Of a DNA stretch of 64,000 bases, positions 37,301 through 49,300 are shown in pieces. A model generated the notes under the pieces. That model did not search any database, was not told the origin of the DNA, and saw only the letters and a program-made list of their open reading frames with translations. Origin of the DNA: Raillietiella orientalis (lineage: Eukaryota); NCBI GenBank assembly GCA_036172245.1, contig JAYWIR010000012.1:1922001-1986000 (forward strand), given 5' to 3'. Position 1 is the first letter of the stretch. Each line of letters begins with the position of its first letter. The translations under genes and the position numbers were made by a program.

Positions 37301-40300
37301 CCCTCCCGCGCGAGCATGCCCTACGCCGCGCCGCACTTCCCGTCTTCGTTGCAGAGGGGGTGGCGCTGCTTTCGCCCTTACGCCCCCCGCTCCCTCTCGT
37401 GCTTCGGGTGGTGAAAGACCGCTGCCTTGCGATTCTGCGAACCGCACCTGCCCACCGTAGGTCTTGGGTTACCCTGATCCCTCTCAGTCTTCGGACCGCG
37501 CGCGCTGTCCGATCCCGGAGGCATAGTTCGCGGTTACCTTCGCCTCCTCCGTGACCCGACCTGCATGCCGAGCCGCATTCTCCTTCCGAAGCCTCTTACG
37601 CGTGTCCAGAAGGGGAAGGGGAGGAGAGGAGCATTCCTGAAGGGGCGGAGGCGGAAGACTTCCTTGTCGGGAAACGCTTCGATCCTTCCCCTCGTCGTCT
37701 TTCCAAGGGGTGAGGAGCGCCTTTCCTGGGTGCGTCCGGCCTTCGAGCTCCTGAAGGCGCTCCCCCTCTCCTTTCGGGGAGGGATTGCGGTTGACGGTGG
37801 GGCGGAAAGAGCAGAGGTCGACGGCTCTTCGCGCGCTAGCAGCGGTGCTGGAGGTCGGCTACCCCCCTCCTTCCTTACGGGGGAGGGACTGTCCTCTTTT
37901 TTCGAGGCACGCTCTGGTGACCCTTGCGCACTGAGACCTCCCTCGGCCCAGCCGAGGGAAGACGTCACGCGACCCCTTTGTGACCTTCCGCGTGACCTTG
38001 CTCCTCAGGACCAGGTGATTTCCTCTTCCCCCCTTGCTTCCGCCTTCGCTGCGTCCCTGCCCTTTTCCCGGATCTGCCCGTTGTGAGCCAGGGGACAGCT
38101 GGCGCTCGAACCTGCGAGCGACGCGCCGTGCAGGGAAAAGGAGGGGGGACAATGAGGATGACGTCATCGCGCACGGGAGGCCTCCTTGCCCGCTCCACGA
38201 ATGCCGGCCCTCGAGACGGTGGGGCAGGCGGAGCCGCTCGACCCGGGGCATCCTAGCGACGCTGCAAGGGACGATGCCACCCGGGGGGAATGCGGGTTAC
38301 CTGTCGGAGGCTACGGAGGTCAGAGCACCTCTACAGTCATCCCCGAAGTCGGTTTGACAGCGGTGCGCGGAGGAAACCTGTCCTCCAGAGCAAGCTGCAG
38401 CCCCTTGCGCTTCAACCGGTGCCCCATGGCTCACCAGAGGGCGGCTTCATCCGAGGGCTGCTCGAGGGTGCCTCGTGCAGGTGAGCGCTGGTGACACGTG
38501 CTCCGAATGCTGCGCCACTGTCTCCCCCGGGAGGTGCCGTCCTTTTCCTCCCCCTCCCCTCCAGGTGCCTGGGAGCCACATGGGCGCATCTGCCGGTTAC
38601 GAAAGGCGTCCGCCCGCGACCACCTTGGGTGGGGAGGGGGCGTGGCCCTCTGGGGAAGGCGGCGAGCGTTGCGGGTCTCTGGGGCCTCTCGAGAGGTTGT
38701 TCACTGCCTGTTTCGCCGTTGCCCATCGCGAATGGTTCCCCCGGAGAGCCTGGAAAGCCGAAGAATCCCGCCACCGAAAGCGATGAAGCCCCCGGGGGGT
38801 CACTCCCCTCCACGCGTCACGTGATGTGAGCAGCGGCGGCCCCTCCACCTGCGGATGGAGGAGAGCGCTCGGAGGACCAATCCCCGCCAACGGACCCCTC
38901 GAACCCTCCCTCGCTCCCGATCCGCGAGGCTCCCGGAGATGCCGCGGTGCCCGCCAGGGGAGACGGGCGTTCGTCCTTGCTGGTGCCCCAGAAAGCGGAG
39001 CGGAAACCACGCGCGCCAGGGGATTCACCGCTGCCCCCTCGCCCGCCCGTCCCCAGCAGCGAAGCGCCCGCACAGCCGGCTGGTTCCTCCAGAGGGTCCC
39101 GCTCTGTGCTGACGCGCGCCCCACTTCCCCCGTAGCGCCCGGTTATTAAGGTCTGGTTCAGTGTGCTGAAAATCCCCCTCCCCCTCCCCTACTACCGCAC
39201 TCCTATTGATTGGTTGCTATTCAAATGCGGCTGTCCCCCGCTCGCTCAGGGTTACCATGTGCTGCTGGCGGACTGCCCTTAAGGTCGTTGGGCAAGGAAT
39301 GCACTGCCGTGAATATCCTTCTTTCTCCGTGGTACAGTTGGTGCACTACCAGTGGGGAGCCATCATGCACGTGCTGCTGCCATTCCCTCGCTCGCGCAGG
39401 GTCACCATGTTCTGTTATTAATGCGCTCTTATTATCGCACTTTTGGGAGCATGCAATTACCAATGCCACATGAATACCGTGTCCAAGTCCTGTTGTAGGA
39501 GAGTTTTAACTATTGTGCTGTTGCTATTGTACTGTTGTTGATGCACTATCACTGCCATCGGTCCTATTAGTAGTTGCTGATGCTCGAGAAGCGTGCGCAT
39601 GAGCATCTGGCGCCTGGTTCCAGCCTGCGGGCATCCCTGGGATCGCCGGGACGAACGGGGTGGTTGGGACGTCTTCTGTGCTGACCTTATGTCCTTACTC
39701 GCTGCTGCTAATTCCAGGAGACGTGCGGACCTCCCTGCTGAGCGGGTCGACCCTCAACGTCACGTGGCATCTGGCCTACCCTCACCGGGTATGTGGGACG
39801 CGGGAATGGGCGAGACTTTCCGGGAACGTCCGCGCAGGCGCGGTGTGCATCGCCGGCTCACTTGGCGCCGGGACCTGCGCGCATCTCCCGTCGCGGTGGG
39901 CCGGCGGCTCATCGACCTCGTGGGAGGGCGGTTGCCCTTCCGCAGGACCGTGCCCCCCCCGGTCGGTCACGTGATCCTTTCGGTCGCGGGGCCGATTCGG
40001 GTGAGTGGGTTGGGGTTGAGGGAGGAGGAGGGTTGGAGAGTTAGGGAGGAAGAGAATCCGGCAAGGAGTGCCGTCCGTTCGGCCGGTAAAGTTCCGCTTC
40101 TTCCCTTCTCCCAGGGGGGCCACCGCATCGAGCTGCTGGACTCCAACGCGAGGGTCCTGGCCGACCTGACCAACCTGAGGGACGACGCGCGGTACGTCGA
40201 CATCGACTCCACGTAAGACCGCGGGCTTCCCTCGACCTCCGGTCCTTGATCGCAGCCATGCGCTCCCCTTCTTCTCCTGACCTTCTTCGCAGGGCTCAGT

Positions 40301-43300
40301 TCCACGAGGTGGCCCTGCCGCCCCTGGAGTGCAGGGGATGCACCATCCGCCTCCTCCGGCAAGCCAGCGAGTGGTCCAGGAACTACAGGTTCTGGAGCTG
40401 CGCCGACGTAGACATCCTACTGTGTAAGTGGACGCCCGCGGGCACACAAGTGGAATGGTGGTGGTGGTGGGGGGTCTCCGTGACTGGCCACCGCGCAAGG
40501 CAGACGCAGCCAGGAGCGCAGCGATTGCAGCAGGAGAGAAGAGCGGAGGTCGCGCTCACTCCGCGCGACCGTCCGTGACCTTCGGTGCGCACCGAAAGCT
40601 CCTTGTTCGGAGGAAGGTGGTGGAGTGAAGGGCACGCAATTACCTTCCTCCTCTCCTCCCCTCTCCCTCCGGCCTCGGAAGTCCCTCGAGCGGGACCTTC
40701 CAGGTCGTCTCTGCTTGCAGTGACCGAGCCGCCTCCACCTACCCGAGGGCGGCGGCGCCCTCCCGGAAGGACATCCATGGTCTTGCAGCCAGGCCTTCCC
40801 CCACTAGAGGAGTCCGTGGGGAGCCCAAAGAGGCTCCTGTGCTGGCGGAGGCAGCGCCTCCTCCTCCTGCCGTCCTCTTGACAGCGCCTCCAAAGGGGTG
40901 GGTGGGGGGTTGACCTCGCGGGACTGCCGAGAGACTCCCTTCGGCTTGTTTCCGCGAGGTACGCGCGGGCCCTCCGCCTCTTCCCGGCCCTCCTTGGAGG
41001 GAGGCCACGGAGACGCCCTGTCCCCCGCTTCACCGCCACTGACGAGACGGCGCCACCTTTCCAGCTCGGGACTTTCGGGAGACGTGCAGCGGCGCTGGGC
41101 GGTACGTCGCCCCCGGCGAGTGCGTCTGCGACCCCCGGCGCGAGGGTACCCGTTGCCAGTACGAGAACGAGTGCGCTGCCGACGGCGACTGCGGCGCTCA
41201 CGGGAAGTGCGTGGGCCTGGACGCGACCTCGTACCCCCGGAGGCAGTGCTTCTGCGAGCCCGGGTGGTTTGGCGAGAGATGCCAGAAAGGTGAGCGGCAC
41301 CTCTCTTTGGGGTCCCGGGACCCCCACACCGTCCCCCTCTTCCAGAGTCCCCCCTCAAGACCGCGGACATGCCTCTGGGTTCCCACCGAAAGAAGGCGCT
41401 GTCGGACGAGTTCACCCTCTACTGGAAGATCCTAGAGGAATCTTCGGAGATCGAGATCGCCATGGTGGTGCGCGGCACCAGCTACGCCGCCGTCGGCTGG
41501 CGGCCTGGCACTATCGCTTCCTCCTGCAAGGCCTTCCCCCTCATAGTGGAGCAGAGAGTCGCCGGCCCCAGGAAACTGGAGGTGGGCGGCATTTCCGGCG
41601 GCACCCGGGAGCCCGAGAAGGGGGAGCGCGAGGGAGGGACCCCTGCGGGCGGCGCGCACGTGCCGACGCCTTCCGGCGGTGGCCACATCCAGCAGCAGCC
41701 GTCAGTCCGAGATCTGGAGGACACCGGAAGCTCTTTGGGATCGGAACCACGGGGCTCCACGAACGGAGGTCCCAGACCGCCGACCCCGACCACGGCGGCG
41801 ACCACGGCGATCCAGTCCGATCCCGAGGACGGTCGGGAAGTCGAGGAGAAGGAAGAGGAAAAGGAGATGGAAGAGGAGGAGGCGAAAGAAGAGGAGGAAG
41901 AAGTGGGAAGCGAGGGCGGCGGTACGCCGGAAGCCACCGCCGTCACCTCAGAAACGGCGAGGTTCTCGGACCCGGGATCGGACGGCGACCCAACAGGGAC
42001 GGAGTCTCCGACGGCGGCGACCGAGGATGAAGCACAGTCGCCAGGAGCCAAGGTGAGAAGGGAGGGAGGAGTGCCGCCCTCGGTTCCGCCCCTTCACGCG
42101 GCCCCCACACTTCCAGCAGTCCAGGGGCAGGCCGTACCTCACCGTTGCCGCGGAGGACTCGACCTCGACCTCGTCTCCCCTTTCGCACCAACCGCCGCAG
42201 GGTTCCACCCCGAAGCTCCGCTTCAGATCCAGGACCAAGGAGAACATCAGCACCGCCGCCAGAAGCGCCAAGGTCGCGACCACCGCCTCCACGACCGCCA
42301 CAACGGCGCCCACTACGACCCCGTCCACTGTCTCTCGGACCACGAGGTTCCTTAGGTTTCCTCCTAGGAAGCTCTTCGACCGAGGTGAGGCGGTTCTTCC
42401 GCTTGGGCGAGGGCGGAGGGGGGGTTAACCTCAAGGAAGGCACACGCTCACCCCTTCCTCCCTCCCCGCGCCCCTAGCATGGCAGGCTTGAAACGCCCTG
42501 TCGCTCGCTCGTCCTCTCGGCCTCGATTGCTGCTCCAGCCGCTGCTTCCTCCCCTCAGGCGCTTCTGCCCTTCCCTCTTCGTCCCACTGCTCAGCCTTCC
42601 CGTTCTCCAGCCACTTCCAGCAGCAGCAGTGGAGGCCTCTCGGGAGGAAGGGGGGGAGGGGGAGTCCATCCTGATCCGGCGACAGGAGAGGGGCGGATCT
42701 CTTCTTCCCTCCTCTTTCCCGCGGCTGCCCTTGCCCCGCGAGCTGCAAGGCAGTGCGGGAGGAGAGAAGGAAAAAGACCCTCTTGCCGCTCCTCCGTCTC
42801 CCTGATTAACGGAGGCGATGAGCGGAATCCATCCCAGCCTCCCCTTCTTCCTCCGACGCGCCTTGTTCCCTTCTTAATTGCTTCCCCTCTTCCAGAAACC
42901 GACGCTCCAAGGGTGAGGCGAGGGACCAGCGAACGGTGAGTAAACCGGCGTCCCGCCCACCCAAGACCTGCCCACCCGCCACCCTTCAAGCCGGCTTTGC
43001 TTCCAGAGTGGGTAGCGACGGCGACGACGAGGAAGAGCGCGGAGGTCGCCGACGGCGGCTGCGGGCCGAGGAGGAGAGAGGAAAGACCATGAAGGAGGAG
43101 GAGGAGGTGGGCTATCGGTGGTGGCTGGGGAAAGGGGGGAGGAGGAGGGAGACAGTGGGGCGAGAAAGGACGGAACGCGACCGGCGGCGGCCTCTCTGCT
43201 CACGTAGGTGTCTCCCCAACCCGCTGGAGGAGGGTTTGCCTCGAGTTCACGGGACCGGCCGGGGCCCCTTGCCGGTCCCCGGGACCCTCTTGCAACGGGA

Positions 43301-46300
43301 GGAGGAGGAGAGTCTGGCGGCCCACTCAAGGACCCGCCTCCTCCGGTGGCGCCCTCTGCGGGACCGCCGGCTGCGCGACCAGAGAAGCGGGGTGAGTGGA
43401 GGCGTCCGGGGATCGGGGCGTTACTGTGCACGTGTGCAACCCGCAGACCTACTCCCCGAGCCGGGGCCTTACACGCCCAGGGCTGACTTCCACCCCATGG
43501 ACTGCACGGACATCGTCATCGGCGCGGCCCGAGGCCCCTACAGCCGCGTGCTGGACTTCTACACCCGCGACAGGTACGACCCTTCCCGCCGGGCAAGGGG
43601 TGGGAGAAGGAAGAGGGGGGAAATGAGAAGCACACCTCCCCTGCCCCAGCTTCCCTTTCCTCCCCCCGAGGTCTCCCTCGGCGGGGCACCTCGCCCTGCT
43701 TCCCACAGGGAGAGGTCTCTGCTCTCCCCCTCCTGTTTGCCCCGGAAACGGAGGTAGTCGCCACAGGTCCCCTCCCCTCTCTCCCCCAGGTCCACCCCGC
43801 GTGTCGACTCCTTCTGGGGAGGCAGCGACGATCTGACTGCTGCCGTCGGTCAGGAGAAGGACGGGATCACCACGATCGTCTTCCGGCGCCGGATCGAAGG
43901 TGAGCGGGGAGGCGGCGCCTAGCGGCGCGACCTCAACCCCACTCCCGCAGCCTCTGAGCCCACGGACCACGCCATCTCTAACGAGTCCATGCTGGTCATC
44001 TGGGCGCGCGGCCAAGAGGCGAACGCCTACGTCCACCACCCCAAGTCCGGCTTGGAGACTGGAACGGCGGGGCGGCCTGACTTCTACGGGCAGGACGAGC
44101 TCAAGTACCACGGGCAGCGCTCCCAGCGAGGGAAGGTCCTACTGAACTTCTTCGCGGATGGGGCGGCCGGCCAGTCGCTCTGCGGAGAGGGCCGTTGGGC
44201 GTTTCCCGCCGGCTGCGAGGGGCGCCGTGGGGAGGCCGCCCCGTCCGCGTGTGAGTATGTCGCCAGGTGGACGTACCTGCGGGCTACAGACGACGTCCAC
44301 TTCGTCCTGCAGACAACCCGGACGGACCGGTGGACGGGCATCGGCTTCTCAGATCACCCGTTCATGGTGAGGGCCGGCTGAGCTCCCGGCCCCTCCTACC
44401 TTTCCCGCTCCCCAGCCCCACTCCGACGCCATCATCGGATGGGTGGACCTCAACGGACGCGTCTTCGTCGCCGACTACTGGATCGCAGAGTACGCGACCC
44501 CCCAGCTGGACACCGTCCAACACATCTACAACGTCAGCGGGGAACAGAAGGACGGCATTACCACCCTGCGGTTCTCCCGGCGCCGCGACACGGGGGACGA
44601 GCAGGTGAGCTGGAGGAGCCCCCGCGGCCGTCTCGTCCCTCCCTCTGCTGCGAGTTCTTTGCCCCTGTTTCCTTGCCTCCAGCGTGCTCCCCCTCCCGCC
44701 CTCTTTCCAGCTGGCTCTGCTTCTGATGCCGCCACCGCCAGAGGCGTTTTCCAAGCAACTCCCTCGGCTGCCTTCCTCCCCCCTTCGGAGGGGACCTCGG
44801 CCAGACCCGGTTGCCAGCCAAGAGCGGCGGAAGACGCGCGGCCGCGCGAGAGACTGATCCCTTTCTGCGCGCGTCCTCGGAAAGGAAGGGGGAGGGTGGG
44901 CGAGCGATCCGCCCCGGACCTCGGATCTCGCTCCGCGGGGCAACCCCGGGAGGCAGCACGCTCTCCGGTCCCGCGAAACTCCCTCTCTGCGAGGAGTGCG
45001 AACAGTGAGGAGGCGCATATCCCCCAGCCTCATCCTCCTGGAAGGCAAGGGAGAGGCCATGCCCCGGCGTGACCCCTAGTAACGGAAGCGGCCTCTTCTT
45101 GACCGTATTGACTTTTTGCACTCGCCCTACTGAATCTGGGGCTGCGGGCCATCCGGCATTCGTCCCTCGCCTCCCGGGGAGCGAACTCCAGAGTGCCAGG
45201 AAGTCCCCCCGCGCGTTCCACGTTCCGGCCTCCTGCCTTCTCCTACTCCGTCTGCATCCGTCACCACCAATAGTTCCAGCTCCTCTTTGGCATCCTTCCA
45301 GAGATGCGAGAGAGATGAATGCCTGTGGGTGATGCCTTCTCGCGTCAGGCAGCGTCGAAAATGCTTCTCCCTCGCTTTTCCCCTGGTCTTTTTCCTCTTC
45401 TTTTTATCCGGATGAGCTTAGTGAAGCGCTCGCGCGCGAACCCATCGAGCGGCGGAAGCTGCGAGATCCGTGCTGCCCACAAGTGGCCGGCCCGGGGCCC
45501 ACCGTTCTCTGCGCCTTGCAAGCAGGACAGGCACCCCAAGCCCTTCTTTTATTCCCCTTTTGCCCTGTTTTGTTTCTTCCTCCTCCTCCTCTTCCTTCTA
45601 TCGTGCTGCTTTGTTTTTGTTTTTATTTTATTCCCCCCCCCCCTCCCATCTTGTTTTGTTTTGTTTTTGGTTTTTTTTTTTTGTGTGTGTGTGTGTGTGT
45701 CCACTTTTAAAGGTCGACCTGTTATTTGGACATCTGATCGGAATCATTCAACAGGGGAAAAAAAAGTCTTCTCTTCGTGACGTCATCCCGTCTTTTTTCT
45801 CTTCTCTCTCACAGCCAATCAACCAGGTAGTTGCCAAAGCGTGCCGGTGTTTCGGCACGTCCTCCAGCGTATCGTTGGACGCTGCAAAGTAGGAAAGCGT
45901 GTCTAGGGCGAGAGCGATTCGAAGAGACGTAATTCTGGACCGCCGAATCGAGCAAGGAAAAAAAAAAAAAAACAATTTTTTTTTCCTTTTTTTTTTATTT
46001 CCTTCCTCCTTCTCTCCCCCCCCCCCCGCCTCTCTTCTTCTTTCTCTCTCTTCGTTTCCACGATCGTTGGTTTTCCTTCCGGGGACGCCATTTCTTTTAT
46101 GATTATGTTGGCATGCGTGTACGCTACAAGTAAAACTTTGCAGCGGATGTACGTCATTAGCACTCGCCCGTTGAACGATTCTCTGGGAAACGAAATTGCG
46201 GCAGAGGACTTCCCGCTCGTGCTGTCCATTGTACTGTTGCGCCGCTTCCAGAAATTTCGAAACGCTTTGGATCGCCTAATGACACTTGGAACGTTTTGCT

Positions 46301-49300
46301 CTGTGCGAAGACGGTGGTTCCAGACGATGAGCTTCGTCGGGCTGGCGGTGGGCATAGGCTCTTTGAACGTACTTTTTCCCTTCACTGATCCGTACGTGCT
46401 GCAGAGCCGTTGGTGTTTGCCTGCCTTGATGAATCGTAGGTCCGACGAGGGGGCGGGGGGATTCCTGTTCACCGACGTGCCATTTTGAAATCGGCATGTC
46501 TTTCGTGGGATTCCCTTGATCAAGAGGTTATTCCAGGAGAGATCATGTAACGGAGCGAGGGAAAATCATCCGCCTGCCTGTTTGTCTTTCCCATTGCTTT
46601 GCGTCTTCCCCCCCCCCCCCACTCGACGCTGCGTTAACCCTGTTGGTAGCTTGCGAGAGCAGTGCGCTGCTGTTGACACAGCAGCCCACGGCCGAGCGCG
46701 TACCTCCGTAATGAAGAGAAGCTGCGTCTGTAGGATTCGACTTGTTCAACCCGTCGTCCTTCGACGGAACCGCTGGGTTAGAGCGACGCCAATTTTCTTG
46801 TTTCAGGACAAGGTCCTTTCTGATACCAAATGCCTCCATGTTTTCTTCATCGTCCACGGCGGAACGTTTAACCCTGTAAACAAGAAAATAAGAAAGCACG
46901 ATGTCCAGCCAATCGTATCCGAGGAAAAGATCTGTTTCGGAGTGTGCGATAAAGGTACGTACACTTTGCTTGTTTTCGGCGGAGCTCCTCTCCGAGAGGT
47001 GGGAGTAACCACCGCTGTGAGACGTCGGCGTGCGCTGGCGGGATGCTGCAGGATACCCTGCGAAGTGGAGCGTGGTCGAGGAAATCCATAGCTCGCTCCT
47101 CGCCTCGGTTCTGAAGAGTTCCAACGCTCTCGTCGCGACGGAATGGGCGGGCGCCTTTTCGATTTGTTTCCCCCCGTGGAGAACGGCACAATCTGATGCA
47201 AGGGCAGCCGCGCTCCATCCAGTTTTCTTCTCTTCGGCGTTGGTAAATAACAGAATCAGCAGAAAATCTTGCACAACAGCACGTCAATTAGGAAGACTGC
47301 ATCACGGCAGAATTTACGATCGCCAGGCCCTTCACATAAAAACATCCGGGAATCAATATCGAAAAATTTCGAATTACTGGGCTTTAATCAGGCGGCCGAT
47401 CAACAAAAACGGTTTGGGTCTTTTCTTCCTTCGACCGTGTGCTGCTGCTGCTGCTGCTGCGACGAAAGCTGCGTGTTAACCATTTGAAAGATTTATTGAA
47501 CGCTTGAATGGGGAAAACTTGCGAGCACGTCTCGGGAGTTTCAATTTGCATACTGCGCGTTTCGAAACCGGAATGCGCTCCTTTCGCGTCCCCGCCTTGC
47601 TGAAGAAGGCTTGGCGCTCCCCCTTCTTCCGGACGGACGGTGGCGCAGAGTGCGCGCGCGCGCTCTCTCTGTGGCTCTCCGCTTTTTACGGTTTTTTCCT
47701 TCTTTCCGTGGCTTCCCCGTTTCCGCTCGGAGCTGCGGAGTCCCTGCGCCCTGACGGAGTCAAATGACCGCCGGTGCATCGGGCAAATTCTTGAGAGTCT
47801 TGCTCCGGCTCGTAGGGGCTCGCAGAGTGCGTGCCTGCCGGCGGTAGGGATTGCGCAAGAAACTTCCCCGTCATTCCCGCAGCCCGCGCTGCGGATGAAT
47901 GGCTGGCTGTTTCGCCGTTCTCCTCAGTTCATCTTCCGCAGACTCCGGTTCAGAACTGCCGTCACAAGGTACGCGACGCGAGCGTGCGCCGAGGTCTCGT
48001 GCGCTCGTTTTCCGTCGTCCATCCGCCCGTGCAGCCATTTTCGCGCAATCATCTTAATGCTTGCGGCTGGAGGAAAGGTCACGTGGCTTTTCCCCTCAGG
48101 TCGTGTGCTCACCGGTCTCCTCGGTCGCTTTTTAGAAGATCGGAGAGTCGGATCGTTTCCTGGGTCGAATGAATTGGTCTTCCCGATCGTTCGAAAGAGG
48201 CTCCGGATGAGTTCGAGCTGCTGCCATCACTCCAAGACCTGCACTGGGGGAGGGGAAGGGTTCGCTGGAACTAGAGGCTCCGGGAAGCACACTCCCTTCT
48301 TCTGGTCTTTTGCACAGCTTCTCATCTCATCATCCCAGCATCCCTGGTGAGGCTCTTTGGTCCTCTGGCGGACCACCACTCGGGGAGTGCTTGCCCCGCT
48401 CTTGCTATGGGGAAGAGGGCAGGGTGCCGGCAGCGCCGCCACTTTGTCCAGGCATCTTCTCCGTGCTTGTAGACGCGGCAGCCTTCTGTGCATTGGGGAG
48501 AGGGCTCTCGGCGTTGTGATGTTTAACCGAGGAACCTCCGTCGATAAGGGATCAAGGAAGACTTCTCTTTTTCGTAACCTGCTGCCTCCAGGCGGCCGAT
48601 TTCATTTTCCCTCTAGCCTCCGTCCGTTTGCTCCTCCCCTCTTCCTGTCGCCTGCGGGAAAGGTCCCCTTTGCCGGCGCTTTCCGGTGCAGGAGTGCTCC
48701 TGGAGCACTCATTCTTCGCGTGTGCTGGAGGTGTTGTGACCTTCCGTCGAATTTTCCTCGCGTTCTCCGCCGTCGCAGCGTCTGGACGATCGAATGCCCG
48801 GCTGAAGGTCGAGCAGGCTGGTGGGGCGACTGGGAAATCTACAGCCATCCGACTTTCTCCCGTTTTCCTCCCCTCAATCTCGTGGCGGAGCTCTGTGCTT
48901 CTTTTGCCAGAGGACCCATCGCTGCTCCACGTCGCCCGCCTCAAGAAGGCGCTATCGGACGAGTTCACCCTCTACTGGAAGGTCCTGGAGGGTCTTCGGA
49001 GGTCGAGATCGCGATGATGCCGCGACTGACGGCCTGGCACCGTCGCTTTCTCTTGCAAGGCCTTCCCCCTTATCGCGCAGCAGAGGGCCGCCTGTCCCAG
49101 GAAGCTGGAGATGGGCGGCGTTTTTCCGGCAGCTCCCGGGAGCCCGAACCGGCACCCCTTGGCTGTGGGAGCCTCTGGATGTGACCGACGGACATGGTGC
49201 AGCAATGGGCCACCCCTTTTGTCTTTCTCCCTCGTCTGGCTCAAGGCTGCCGCGTTTCTCGGCTGATCTCCGCCGTGGGGAAGCGTCCCACCGACGCACC

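Noticed and set aside
42611..42895. In-frame upstream extension of exon 8 from an acceptor at 42610
   Set aside because: The frame is open, but it runs through an obvious polypyrimidine tract and the stronger acceptor is at 42895; left out pending RNA data.
46543..47274. 243-aa antisense ORF overlapping exon 15 as a nested gene
   Set aside because: It is a patchwork of RT-like relics and the antisense of the exon, with no coherent domain.
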